From: Minisyncoccota bacterium
GTDB lineage: Bacteria > Patescibacteriota > Minisyncoccia > Phycocordibacterales > JABMNX01
Direction: 5' to 3'
NCBI GenBank assembly: GCA_965222715.1
Contig: OZ244961.1
Span: 140,609 to 204,608, forward strand
Length of the DNA: 64,000 nucleotides
In this document: positions 39,336 to 48,969 of the stretch, piece after piece
Layout: every line of letters begins with the position of its first letter
How positions within the stretch are numbered: position 1 is the stretch's first letter
Translations under genes and position numbers: made by a program
Notes under the pieces: generated by a model
Seen by the model: only the letters and a program-made list of their open reading frames with translations
Database searches by the model: none
What the model was told of the DNA's origin: nothing

Positions 39336-40475
39336 TTATTTTTCTTCCTTCGGTACTTCTTTGTAGGCAAGTGTCATACGTTGCTCTTTTGGCTCAAAGA
39401 GTGTGATAGTAAATTCGTACGTCTTCCCAAGTTCAAGTGTTTTGTGCAATTCTTCTTCTGACTCAAACTCTGAGATGTGTACCAATCCAGCAACACCTTC
39501 TTCAATTGAAGCGAGGGCACCATGTTTGTTGTACTTAATGATCACACCACTTACCTTGCTGCCTTTAGCATACTTCTCAGCTGCTTCGTTCCATGGATTT
39601 TCTTTAAGCGCCTTAATTGAGAGTGAGATCTTGCCGTTTTGAATATCAATCACCTTTACTTTTACTTTCTCACCAACTTGGTACACCGTTCGTGGGTCTT
39701 CAACCAGCGCCCAATCAATTTCTGATATGTGCACCAATCCTTCAAGTCCTTCTCGAAGTTTTACAAAGACACCAAAATCAACCGCACCAGTCACTTCACC
39801 TTCAAGTACGTCACCGATTGTGTAATCCTCAACATCGGCATCAGTTGCTTCTTCTGGAGATTTTTCAGAGAAAATCATTTTGTTCTCTTTCGGGTCAGCA
39901 GTAATCACTGATACTGAAAGTTTTGTACCAATGAGTTTACGAAGCTCTTCAAGGATACGGTCCTTGTCTCCATCTTCTACACGAGGGTAGTTTTCAGATT
40001 TAAGTTGAGACGCAGGAAGGAATCCTTGGATACCTTGCCACTCAAGAATAAGTCCTCCTTTGTTTGCATCTTTAACAGGAAGTTCAAGAATGGTTTTATT
40101 CGCTATTGCCTCTTCTGCTTCTGCCCAAATAAGTGCTTGTCGTGCTTCTTTAAGTGAGAGTTCAATGTAGCCACCCTCTCCTTCAGTGTCGACAACTTTT
40201 GCAGCAATACTATCGCCAACATTTGTTTTACGCAAAATGTCGCGTGCGTTCATAAACTCACGACCATAGATAATACCAGTGCCAAATGGTGGTAAGTCGA
40301 TAAAGATATGTGAACGATCAATGGCAATAACTGGTCCCTCAACCAAATCACCCACTTGTGGTGGGTTAGGGGTGAGCTCAGAGAGCTCAGTCATGACCGT
40401 CTTCTTCTTTTTTACATCTGTATCAGATGTTTTTTCATCTACCTTCTCAGATGGTGTAATTGTTGTTTCTGTCAT
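39336..40475 (-). CDS. rpsA: 30S ribosomal protein S1 (four S1 domains)
   Basis: 379 aa with repeated S1 OB-fold segments. Confidence 0.75.
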   Translation of the reverse strand: MTETTITPSEKVDEKTSDTDVKKKKTVMTELSELTPNPPQVGDLVEGPVIAIDRSHIFIDLPPFGTGIIYGREFMNARDILRKTNVGDSIAAKVVDTEGEGGYIELSLKEARQALIWAEAEEAIANKTILELPVKDANKGGLILEWQGIQGFLPASQLKSENYPRVEDGDKDRILEELRKLIGTKLSVSVITADPKENKMIFSEKSPEEATDADVEDYTIGDVLEGEVTGAVDFGVFVKLREGLEGLVHISEIDWALVEDPRTVYQVGEKVKVKVIDIQNGKISLSIKALKENPWNEAAEKYAKGSKVSGVIIKYNKHGALASIEEGVAGLVHISEFESEEELHKTLELGKTYEFTITLFEPKEQRMTLAYKEVPKEEK

Positions 40476-40612
40476 AAAAATGTGTGAGAGGTGCTGTGCT
40501 ACTGAACAATGTCTCTAGAGCCTTTCTTCGTATCAGTAGGGTTAGCAGCACTTCTCGCTAACAAAAAACCCGCATCTACGGGGTAGCAGTACTATACTTT
40601 GCTGGTGCATAA

Positions 40613-40657
40613 AAGTCAAAAGTAAAACCGCCCCAAGCACTTCTGCGCTTGGGGCGG
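40613..40657 (-). terminator. GC-rich intrinsic terminator for the GC-rich secreted-protein gene
   Basis: minus-strand CCGCCCCAAGC gcagaagt GCTTGGGGCGG followed by TTTTACTTTT. Confidence 0.6.
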
Positions 40658-40710
40658 GGGTTGAACGGGAACGACGATTTGATCGTCAGAGAGACTTCGG
40701 CACCGGCCGA

Positions 40711-41229
40711 TCAGGATGCGATCGTCAGACCGCTCCAGCCGCCGGACAGCAGGGTCGTCTTCAGCAACAGGCCGGACGTACCGGAAGTGTCGATGAAGTC
40801 GTTGTTGGTGTCGAACGCCGCGACCTCCAGCGCGGAGGGCGGCATCTTGGCCAGGCCGGCGGTCGTGCCGACGTTCAGCTGATCGAAGTCCATGAAGGCG
40901 CTCACCTGGTCGAGATCGTGGATCACGACGTTCGGCGGGTTGCCGATGTCGGCGCCGTCGGAATACAGAAGCCACTGGGTCCGGTCGAAGTCGGACAGAT
41001 CGCCGATGTCGGCCAGCATGGTCTGCTGGCGCGCGGCCGGCGTCGTCGAGTCGTTGGTCGTGACCGAGCAGTCGAACGCCGCGACCTCCACCGCGGTGCC
41101 GTTCAGGCCGATGTCGACGTCGAGCGCATTGCAGTCGTTACTGGCGAGCGCCGCGTTCGGCGGTGCCATGGCGACGAAACCCAAGATGGCGGCTGCCATC
41201 AGCGGGGTCATGAAGAAACGTTTCCTCAT
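40711..41229 (-). CDS. secreted hypothetical protein with internal EVAAFD repeat, GC-rich (likely horizontally acquired)
   Basis: 172 aa from ATG 41229 (GGGAG RBS); signal peptide MRKRFFMTPLMAAAILGFVAMAPPNAALA; about 63% GC versus about 39% background. Confidence 0.55.
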   Translation of the reverse strand: MRKRFFMTPLMAAAILGFVAMAPPNAALASNDCNALDVDIGLNGTAVEVAAFDCSVTTNDSTTPAARQQTMLADIGDLSDFDRTQWLLYSDGADIGNPPNVVIHDLDQVSAFMDFDQLNVGTTAGLAKMPPSALEVAAFDTNNDFIDTSGTSGLLLKTTLLSGGWSGLTIAS

Positions 41230-41377
41230 TCGCTTTTCTCCCATTCGAGTGTGAAGAACAGTGCCTCACTGTTGAGACCTGCCCAGTGTATCATATAAAG
41301 AAATATTGTCAAGTCCTCACATATGTGGTGTGGAAAACAACTTTATTACTTAAGAATGTGTGTAAAATGAAAGAAAT

Positions 41378-41403
41378 AAACGCCACGAATACCCTTGGTG
41401 TTT
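41378..41403. repeat. degenerate copy of the conserved palindromic repeat (AAACGCCACGAATACCCTTGGTGTTT)
   Basis: arms diverged from AAACGCCAAG/CTTGGCGTTT. Confidence 0.45.
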
Positions 41404-41431
41404 CGCTCAAAATGGCTCTATAGAGCTCTGT

Positions 41432-41456
41432 AAACGCCAAGGGTATTCTTGGCGTT
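41432..41456. repeat. conserved palindromic repeat copy (AAACGCCAAGGGTATTCTTGGCGTTT)
   Basis: intact arms; lies in a divergent intergenic region. Confidence 0.6.
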
Positions 41457-41491
41457 TAACGCGGCAGCCTTCTCGTGTATACTAATCGGAT

Positions 41492-42124
41492 ATGGTTATC
41501 ACACATCATGGAGGCGAGTGTATAAAAGTTACACAAGGCGATACGACACTTGTCTTTAACCCCATCTCAAAGGAATCAAAACTATCTGGATCAAAATTTG
41601 GTGCAGATATTGCACTTATCTCAACCAACGACCCTGACTTTAATGGTGTTGAGCAGGTTACTCGGGGAGATAAAGCCCCATTTGTTATTCAGGGCCCGGG
41701 AGAGTATGAGGTGCAGAAAATTTTTATCAAAGGGTTTCCATCAGTATCTCACTATGGCGGCAGCGAACGACCTAATACTATCTACATGGTCACGCTTGAG
41801 GGCATGAATCTTTGTTTTCTTGGTGCACTCTCAGAGAAAAAAATTGAACCAAAAGTGCTCGAAGATATTGATAGTGTTGATGTGCTCTTTGTGCCTATTG
41901 GGAACGATGGGGTACTCAATGCAGCAGACGCACACGACGTTGCGGTAAAGCTCGAGGCGCACATGATTATTCCTATCCATTACGATGGTGTTGGTGATAA
42001 AAATGCACTCTCTACATTTTTAAAAGAAGGAGGCGCTGAAAAAGTAAAGCCAGTTGAAAAACTTTCAATTAAGAAAAAAGATGTCGAAGGAGCAACTGGA
42101 GACATTGTCGTATTATCTTCATAG
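41492..42124 (+). CDS. metallo-beta-lactamase-fold metal-dependent hydrolase (UPF0173/Lactamase_B_3-like), degenerate metal motif
   Basis: 210 aa, MVITHHGGECIKV N-terminus resembles M.ITWLGHA...IE of this family. Confidence 0.5.
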   Translation: MVITHHGGECIKVTQGDTTLVFNPISKESKLSGSKFGADIALISTNDPDFNGVEQVTRGDKAPFVIQGPGEYEVQKIFIKGFPSVSHYGGSERPNTIYMVTLEGMNLCFLGALSEKKIEPKVLEDIDSVDVLFVPIGNDGVLNAADAHDVAVKLEAHMIIPIHYDGVGDKNALSTFLKEGGAEKVKPVEKLSIKKKDVEGATGDIVVLSS

Positions 42125-42144
42125 ACGTAGTATAGGTATACGTC

Positions 42145-42693
42145 ATGCCTAAAAAAATTTTTACCACACTTGAGAAGCTAAGACAGCGACCAGTTCGCGA
42201 GCGTCGAGCACTTGCGTTTAGTGCTGCAGCAACAATTACTGGAGTTATTTTTATCATATGGGCAGTTTCTTTTCTTGCAACACTCCACATAGAAGGGGGT
42301 ACACAGGCTACTAACCAAGAAGCACACTCGTTTGGTGTTTTCATGGATTCAATTAGAGAAGCAACAGAAACAGTAGGAAGAGATGTAGAAGCTGTGCGCA
42401 CACAAATACATACACTGACTGAAGAAGCTCAGCAGGCACAAAACAGTACCAGAGAGAACGTACAAGAAGACGCTTTTGTTATTGAAGAGGTGAAAGATAC
42501 AGCACATGAAGTGGGTAGTGTAGAAGGTGATGAAGAAAACAGTGAAGTACTTACAGAAGATTCAGCAGTAGACACTCCTCGCAGTACTACCCATAGTACT
42601 ACTACTACACAAACAGAAGCACAGAGTAAAACAGAAGATAAGGCAGAGGTCACATCTTCAGGACTTGAGATTATACGGGTTGATGACGAATAA
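42145..42693 (+). CDS. hypothetical membrane-anchored protein with acidic, Thr-rich C-terminus
   Basis: 182 aa, one TM helix, low-complexity tail. Confidence 0.45.
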   Translation: MPKKIFTTLEKLRQRPVRERRALAFSAAATITGVIFIIWAVSFLATLHIEGGTQATNQEAHSFGVFMDSIREATETVGRDVEAVRTQIHTLTEEAQQAQNSTRENVQEDAFVIEEVKDTAHEVGSVEGDEENSEVLTEDSAVDTPRSTTHSTTTTQTEAQSKTEDKAEVTSSGLEIIRVDDE

Positions 42694-42794
42694 CGTACCT
42701 TTCTAATATGCTCATACAGTCGTGTAACAAGCGCTTAATTATGGTATAATGGGAGGTAACGAGAGCCTTTCGTGGGCACTCTTTCTTTATTACT

Positions 42795-45299
42795 ATGGCG
42801 AAAAAAAATACTGGCAAAAAAGAAACAACTCCTGGAGATGGGGATAAAAATGGGGGTGTGGACGGTACAGACAAGAGCCGTCAGAGCGTCATCCCACAAG
42901 GAGTGAGTGCTGAGATGCGTGAGGCGTATCTTAATTATGCGATGTCAGTGATTACCTCACGTGCGCTTCCCGATGTTCGTGACGGACTCAAGCCGGTGCA
43001 TCGACGCATTCTCTTTACTATGCATCAAATGGGGCTCACGTCTTCTGCTCGTTTTCGTAAATCAGCTGCGGTTGTTGGAGATGTGCTCGGTAAGTTTCAC
43101 CCGCACGGTGACACTGCTGTATATGATGCCTTAGCAAAAATGGCGCAAGACTTTTCAATGCGCTACCCACTTATTATTGGACAAGGTAACTTCGGTTCTG
43201 TTGATGGTGATGCGCCGGCTGCTATGCGGTACACCGAAGCAAAAATGGAGAAACTTGCTGGTGAGATGCTTCGTGATTTAGAGAAAGAAACTGTCGAGTG
43301 GCGAGGCAACTATGACAACACTCGGAAGGAGCCAGAAGTGCTTCCTGCTGGAGCACCAGCACTGCTTTTAAATGGTACCCTCGGTATTGCAGTGGGTATG
43401 GCGACTAATATTCCACCACATAATCTCACTGAAGTATCTGAAGCAACCATACACCTCATTGATAATCCAAAGGCAACCACCGAAGACTTGATGGAGTTTG
43501 TACAAGGACCCGACTTTCCAAGTGGGTGTATTGCGTTTAACGAAAAAGATATTCATCAAGCGTATGCAAGTGGTAAGGGAGGAGTAGTGGTGCGCGGTGT
43601 TGCAACTATTGATGAAGACGCAAAGGGAAGTGCGCAAATTATTATTTCTTCAATTCCATTTCGTGTAAATAAAGCTGACCTTATTACAAAGATTGCTGAT
43701 TTAGTACATGCAAAGAAAATAGAAGGTATTAAAGGACTTCGTGATGAATCAACAACAGAGACGCGGATTGTCATTGATCTTAAGGGAAGTTCACATCCAC
43801 AGACAGTCCTCAATTACCTCTACAAGCACACCCAGCTTGAAGAAACATTTCACTACAACATGGTCGCACTTCTTGATGGTGTGCCACAAACACTGTCATT
43901 AAAGAGTATTCTTGAAGCTTTCATCCTACACCGAAAGGAAGTGGTCACACGACGTACACAGTTTGAACTAAAGAAAGCAGAAGCACGTGAACACATCTTA
44001 CTTGGTCTTAAAAAAGCACTTGATCATATTGATGCGATCATTAAGACGATTAAGAAATCAAAAGATGCGAGCGCCGCGCATGCCGCATTGATGAAAGAAT
44101 TTAAATTCTCAGAACTTCAGGCAACAGCGATCCTTGAAATGAAGCTTCAAAAACTTGCAGGGCTTGAGCGTAAGAAAATTGAAGACGAATTGAAAGCAAT
44201 TCAAGCACTCATTAAAGAACTCACTGAACTTCTAAAAAGTGAAAAGAAGATACTTGGAGTGGTAAAAGATGAACTCAAAGAGTTGGTAAAAAACTTTGGT
44301 GACGAACGTCGTACAAAAATAATGAAAAGTGGTGTGAAGTCACTCTCTGTTGAGGATTTGGTACCTGATGAAGAAAGTATGCTTGTCTTTACCAAGGGCG
44401 GGTATGTAAAGCGCACTAACCCAAGCGAGTACAAGCGACAAAAACGTGGAGGTGTTGGTGTTGTTGATTTAAGTACTAAAGAAGAAGATGTGGTAACACG
44501 GTTCTTAACCACGAGCACGCACAGTGACCTCCTATTCTTTACTGATAAAGGAAAGGTATACCAGATAAAGATGTACGATATTCCTGAAGGGCGTCGAGCA
44601 ACAAAAGGAAAATCTATTATGAACTTCCTTTCAGTTCAACAAGATGAATATGTGACCTCAATTCTTGCCATGCCAAAAGAGGCAAAGAAACATGATTTCT
44701 CACTTATGATGGTGACTAAAAATGGTATTGCTAAAAAGGTCTCTGCCGAAAATTTCCACGACGTACGTCGTAGTGGCCTTATTGCGATTACTCTTAAAGA
44801 TAACGACGAGCTTATTTCAGCGTCATTTGTGGAGAAGGGCGAAGATATTTCTGTTGCTACTAAAAAAGGGCAGTCAATTCGATTTAAGGAGTCTGACATT
44901 CGTGAAATGGGACGAACTGCTGCAGGAGTTCGCGCAATAAAACTTGGTAAAGGTGATGTGGTTATTGGCGCACAGGTGATTCATACCGATTACAAAGAGC
45001 CTGAACTGCTCGTCCTATCAAGCGCAGGGTACGGAAAGAAAACAGCTCTCAGTGAATATAAAGTACAGAAACGTGGTGGCTCTGGTATTAAGACGGTGAA
45101 GATAACCCAGAAGACAGGAGATCTTATTGCTATGGCGGTTGTTGATGGTACTGAGGGCGAGGTTGTTGCAGTATCACAAAAAGGACAAGTTATTCGTATT
45201 GGACTTGATGAGGTGCCGTCACTGTCACGACAAACACAAGGTGTGCGGGTTATGAAACTTCGTGAAGGAGACAATGTTGCTTCAATGGTCTGCCTCTAG
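42795..45299 (+). CDS. gyrA: DNA gyrase subunit A
   Basis: 834 aa, AMSVITSRALPDVRDGLKPVHRR active-site region, GyrA-box QKRGGVG in the CTD; no gyrB adjacent. Confidence 0.9.
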   Translation: MAKKNTGKKETTPGDGDKNGGVDGTDKSRQSVIPQGVSAEMREAYLNYAMSVITSRALPDVRDGLKPVHRRILFTMHQMGLTSSARFRKSAAVVGDVLGKFHPHGDTAVYDALAKMAQDFSMRYPLIIGQGNFGSVDGDAPAAMRYTEAKMEKLAGEMLRDLEKETVEWRGNYDNTRKEPEVLPAGAPALLLNGTLGIAVGMATNIPPHNLTEVSEATIHLIDNPKATTEDLMEFVQGPDFPSGCIAFNEKDIHQAYASGKGGVVVRGVATIDEDAKGSAQIIISSIPFRVNKADLITKIADLVHAKKIEGIKGLRDESTTETRIVIDLKGSSHPQTVLNYLYKHTQLEETFHYNMVALLDGVPQTLSLKSILEAFILHRKEVVTRRTQFELKKAEAREHILLGLKKALDHIDAIIKTIKKSKDASAAHAALMKEFKFSELQATAILEMKLQKLAGLERKKIEDELKAIQALIKELTELLKSEKKILGVVKDELKELVKNFGDERRTKIMKSGVKSLSVEDLVPDEESMLVFTKGGYVKRTNPSEYKRQKRGGVGVVDLSTKEEDVVTRFLTTSTHSDLLFFTDKGKVYQIKMYDIPEGRRATKGKSIMNFLSVQQDEYVTSILAMPKEAKKHDFSLMMVTKNGIAKKVSAENFHDVRRSGLIAITLKDNDELISASFVEKGEDISVATKKGQSIRFKESDIREMGRTAAGVRAIKLGKGDVVIGAQVIHTDYKEPELLVLSSAGYGKKTALSEYKVQKRGGSGIKTVKITQKTGDLIAMAVVDGTEGEVVAVSQKGQVIRIGLDEVPSLSRQTQGVRVMKLREGDNVASMVCL

Positions 45300-45355
45300 T
45301 GTGTTGTTAAGGTATATTTCTTTTATTTACCGACACGCCACCGTATAATCTATAT

Positions 45356-45895
45356 ATGCGTTTTGCTGACCCGAAAGCAAATATTGGTCGGTTTGAATTA
45401 GAACCGGGTAGTGTCGTTGCTGATTTTGGCGCTGGTGGTGGTGAGTATACACTCAAAGCAGCGGAGGTTGTCGGACATAGCGGGGTAGTCTATGCTATTG
45501 ATGTACAACAGGATCTCCTTAAACGGCTCTCTAATAGAGCAAAAGCAGGAGGGCATAAGAATATTGAGGTGGTGTGGGGAGACATTGAAACCTTAGGTGG
45601 CAGTACACTCCCCGCTATGTCAGTTGATGCACTTATTCTCTCAAACACCTTATTTCAGGTTGAAAACAAAGAAGGTCTTTTTAAAGAGATTGACCGAGTG
45701 GTGAAGCGGAATGGAAAAGTCTTAGTCATTGACTGGAAAGACTCGTTTGGTGGGATGGGGCCAGAAGAAGATGCGTTAGTCTTACCACGTGAAGCGAAAG
45801 ACTTATTTCTTAATATTAACATGGTACCGCTTCGTGAAATGGAGGCAGGATCGCATCATTACGGTATACTATTTATACGAAAAGATAGAAGGTAA
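45356..45895 (+). CDS. class I SAM-dependent methyltransferase
   Basis: 179 aa, motif I VADFGAGGGEYT. Confidence 0.7.
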   Translation: MRFADPKANIGRFELEPGSVVADFGAGGGEYTLKAAEVVGHSGVVYAIDVQQDLLKRLSNRAKAGGHKNIEVVWGDIETLGGSTLPAMSVDALILSNTLFQVENKEGLFKEIDRVVKRNGKVLVIDWKDSFGGMGPEEDALVLPREAKDLFLNINMVPLREMEAGSHHYGILFIRKDRR

Positions 45896-45898
45896 TAT

Positions 45899-47206
45899 AT
45901 GAAAGGACTGAGTATATTTCAAATTGTTGTTATCGGGGCGTTTGTATTCTTTACTGTTGTTGGGGTACTTATTTTTGCTGGTGTTGGTGGGTTAGGTGGA
46001 GACAGTCGTTCTGTTGGAGAAGTAGAGATTTGGGGAACGTACGACGAGCAAGTGTTGACGAGTTTACTCCGCAGTCGATCATTTGATGATCCACGTTTTG
46101 AAGAGGTGACCTACGTTGAGAAGGACCCTCGTTTTTTTACTGAAGAACTTATTGAAGCTCTCGCCTCAGGTAGTGGACCTGATTTGTTTTTCTTAGAACA
46201 GGACTCAATTCTACGCTTTATAGATAAGGTTCAGCCGATTCCATACGAAACATTTTCTCAAAGAGAATTTAGAGACACGTTTATAGAAGAAGGAGAACTC
46301 TTCTTAACAGAAGCTGGTATTGTCGCTCTTCCATTTATGGTTGACCCAATGGTCTTGTACTGGAACCGTGATCACTACACTCGCGGAGGAGTCGTGCGTC
46401 CTCCACAATTTTGGGATGAGCTACAGACACTTGCCCTCAATAGTTCACTCACACGACGAGGAGAGTCTGGGGCAATTCTTCAAAGTGCATTTGCAATTGG
46501 TGAGTATAGTAATATAAACCATGCAAAAGAACTACTCTCACTTCTTATGCTTCAAGCGGGGACTTCAATTACCGCATATACTGAAAGTGGTGAACTTATA
46601 CCAACACTCTTGGTGCGTCTACAGAATGGTCAAATTCCTTCTGAAAATGCACTTCGTTTCTACACTGACTTTGCGAATCCAACAAAGTCTGTCTATACCT
46701 GGAACCGCGCGCTTGATGAGGCGCAAGAAGAATTTGTAGCGGGGACACTTTCAAACTACATTGGTTTTGCGAGTGAGCTGCCTGATATTAGACGACAGAA
46801 CTCAAATTTGAATTTTGATGTTGCTATGGTGCCTCAGGTGCGCACCGGCACTCGAAGTGTTACGTTCGGCACGGTAACTGGTCTTGCTATCCCACGAGCT
46901 TCAGACAATATAAACGGTGCTGCGCAAATTGCGTTTGCGTTAACGTCAGACGATCTCCTTAGTGAAGTGAGTGACGTAACGGGGCTTCCACCTGTTTCTC
47001 GATCATTACTGAGTGATACACCAAGTGATCCATTTAAAGTTATCTTTAGAGATGCAGCATTACGTGCAGATGCGTGGCTTGAACCGAATAATACTGAAAC
47101 AGAACGCATATTTAAACAAATGATCGAATCGGTTGTTTCAGGTCGTGCACGCGTGAGTCAAGCTGTGGAAGTTGCCCAACAAGAACTCAGAAGTTTGTTA
47201 GAATAA
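45899..47206 (+). CDS. extracellular solute-binding protein (ABC transporter SBP family 1-like)
   Basis: 435 aa, N-terminal TM anchor, sugar-SBP-like length; weak. Confidence 0.5.
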   Translation: MKGLSIFQIVVIGAFVFFTVVGVLIFAGVGGLGGDSRSVGEVEIWGTYDEQVLTSLLRSRSFDDPRFEEVTYVEKDPRFFTEELIEALASGSGPDLFFLEQDSILRFIDKVQPIPYETFSQREFRDTFIEEGELFLTEAGIVALPFMVDPMVLYWNRDHYTRGGVVRPPQFWDELQTLALNSSLTRRGESGAILQSAFAIGEYSNINHAKELLSLLMLQAGTSITAYTESGELIPTLLVRLQNGQIPSENALRFYTDFANPTKSVYTWNRALDEAQEEFVAGTLSNYIGFASELPDIRRQNSNLNFDVAMVPQVRTGTRSVTFGTVTGLAIPRASDNINGAAQIAFALTSDDLLSEVSDVTGLPPVSRSLLSDTPSDPFKVIFRDAALRADAWLEPNNTETERIFKQMIESVVSGRARVSQAVEVAQQELRSLLE

Positions 47207-47225
47207 GTATATTACGTCACATACT

Positions 47226-47597
47226 ATGTTCACTAAATATCTTTACCTGTTTGTTGCAGTTACCACACTCTTTTTCTTAAGTGATATTCCGCATGCTTTT
47301 GCGCAGTCGGGTGGTTGTGACTCTGGCACTGGGTTACGTAACCCTCTTAATAATATTTGTAGCTTTGAAGATTTTGTTGAACTTCTGCTTGAGGCAGTAG
47401 TGCGCATCGGACTTCCAATTGCAGTGCTCTTTATTGTGTACTCTGGATTTCTCTTTGCAACAGCTCAGGGTAATGAAGAAAAAATCAAAAAAGCAAAACA
47501 AGCGTTTTTCTACACAGTTATTGGTATTACCATCTTCCTTGGGGCATGGGCGCTTGCGGTCATTATTGGAAACACCATACAGCTCCTTGCTGGATAG
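47226..47597 (+). CDS. TrbC/VirB2-like pilin-type small membrane protein (paralog 1)
   Basis: 123 aa: signal peptide, Cys pair, TM1-charged loop (QGNEEKIKKAK)-TM2 topology. Confidence 0.5.
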   Translation: MFTKYLYLFVAVTTLFFLSDIPHAFAQSGGCDSGTGLRNPLNNICSFEDFVELLLEAVVRIGLPIAVLFIVYSGFLFATAQGNEEKIKKAKQAFFYTVIGITIFLGAWALAVIIGNTIQLLAG

Positions 47598-47601
47598 TAG
47601 T

Positions 47602-47904
47602 ATGAAAAGAACATTTCTTCTTAGCACAACATTGTTTCTCACCCCATTTCTTGCACTTGCTGCCCCAAGTAATTTTCCTGAACTTGTTGGTCTCTTTATT
47701 TTCTATATTAATCTTATTATCCCACTAATAATTGCACTTGCAGTTCTCGGTTTCTTTTGGGGTGTTGCGCAATATATACTTGCATCGAAAGATACCTCAA
47801 AGATACAAGACGCCCGAAAAATGATCCTCTGGAGCCTGATTGCAATCTTTGTTATGACATCAGTGTGGGGAATACTACGGGTGCTTGCTAATACATTTCT
47901 ATAG
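47602..47904 (+). CDS. TrbC/VirB2-like pilin-type small membrane protein (paralog 2)
   Basis: 100 aa from ATG 47602: signal peptide, FFWGVAQYILASKD...WSLIAIFVMTSVWG two-helix core. Confidence 0.5.
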   Translation: MKRTFLLSTTLFLTPFLALAAPSNFPELVGLFIFYINLIIPLIIALAVLGFFWGVAQYILASKDTSKIQDARKMILWSLIAIFVMTSVWGILRVLANTFL

Positions 47905-48020
47905 ACTACTAGTGTATATGTAATCCACAGCAGTTCATTGCCTAGCATCTTATAACCCAGCTATGATACTATAAAGTGTACAGGTTATTTATTAGCACTT
48001 AATAATACGTAATTATTACA

Positions 48021-48371
48021 ATGAAAAAGTTTTTAATACTTCCAGGATTCCTTGCAGGTCTTCTTGTTGCTCCACTTGCAGTACAGGCACAAGGTGATCT
48101 CCAGGGTGTCATCACTGTCTTTTCAGACCTTATCAACCTCGCTATTCCTCTAGTGCTTGCACTTGCAGTACTCTACTTCTTCTGGGGACTCGCAATGTTT
48201 GTGCTTGCTCAAGGAAATGAAGACAAGCGTAAGGAAGGACGAGATATCATGATTTACGGTATCATTGCTCTCTTTGTGATGGTGTCCGTCTGGGGTCTTA
48301 TCGGAATCTTACAAGATACATTTGGTGTAGATAACACTAACCCAATTGTCCCTGAAGAGATTCGAAGGTAG
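48021..48371 (+). CDS. TrbC/VirB2-like pilin-type small membrane protein (paralog 3)
   Basis: 116 aa: signal peptide ending AQA, LYFFWGLAMFVLAQGNEDKRKEGRD...VMVSVWG core. Confidence 0.5.
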   Translation: MKKFLILPGFLAGLLVAPLAVQAQGDLQGVITVFSDLINLAIPLVLALAVLYFFWGLAMFVLAQGNEDKRKEGRDIMIYGIIALFVMVSVWGLIGILQDTFGVDNTNPIVPEEIRR

Positions 48372-48405
48372 GGTGTCTCTCAAGGTTCTCTAACGTATTT
48401 TCTTT

Positions 48406-48648
48406 ATGTCAGTTGATGACTTAGTGAGTCGCATCTCACAGTACATTATCGATCCAATCATTCTGCTCTTGTTCGCGCTTGGGTTGTTGTACTTCCTCTG
48501 GGGTGTTGCCATATTTATATGGCAGTCTGATAGTGAAGATGCTCGGAAGAAGGGTGTACAACATATGCTTTGGGGAATCATTGGAATGTTTATTATGATT
48601 GCCGCACTCGGTATCATAAATCTCATTGAAGGAACCTTTGGTTTGTAA
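48406..48648 (+). CDS. TrbC/VirB2-like pilin-type small membrane protein (paralog 4, no signal peptide)
   Basis: 80 aa: LYFLWGVAIFIWQSDSEDARKKG...IMIAALG core. Confidence 0.45.
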   Translation: MSVDDLVSRISQYIIDPIILLLFALGLLYFLWGVAIFIWQSDSEDARKKGVQHMLWGIIGMFIMIAALGIINLIEGTFGL

Positions 48649-48667
48649 GTATAGACTTAGCTAAAAT

Positions 48668-48698
48668 AAAAAACGCCAAAGCTGCTCTTGGCGTTTTT
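48668..48698 (+). terminator. conserved palindromic terminator repeat copy (AAAACGCCAAAGCTGCTCTTGGCGTTTT)
   Basis: stem plus T-run immediately after the last pilin-like gene. Confidence 0.6.
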
Positions 48699-48759
48699 TA
48701 TTTTAATTGAAAAAAAGAAGTAAAGCGTGTATTATTTTTCTTTGTATTGATTACTCAGA

Positions 48760-48832
48760 CCGCCTATAGCTCAGTTGGTAGAGCAACCGCCTCTTAAGCG
48801 GTGGGTCCTAGGTTCGAGTCCTAGTGGGCGGA
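48760..48832 (+). tRNA. tRNA-Lys (anticodon CTT)
   Basis: cloverleaf by eye with C1-G72; anticodon loop CTCTTAA. Confidence 0.75.
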
Positions 48833-48859
48833 CTGAGTAATCAATAAGAACATACACAA

Positions 48860-48941
48860 GCGCGGGTGGTGAAATTGGTAGACACGCTTGCCTTAGGAGC
48901 AAGTGCCTTCGGGCATGGAGGTTCGAGTCCTCTCCCGCGCA
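48860..48941 (+). tRNA. tRNA-Leu (anticodon TAG)
   Basis: cloverleaf by eye, long variable arm; anticodon loop CTTAGGA. Confidence 0.8.
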
Positions 48942-48969
48942 CAAAAAAGAATTTAAAACCAATTTGAAT

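Noticed and set aside
40616-40975. 119-aa ORF (minus) overlapping the GC-rich secreted-protein gene
   Set aside because: Alternative frame in 63% GC DNA; such ORFs arise by chance; the 172-aa signal-peptide frame is preferred.
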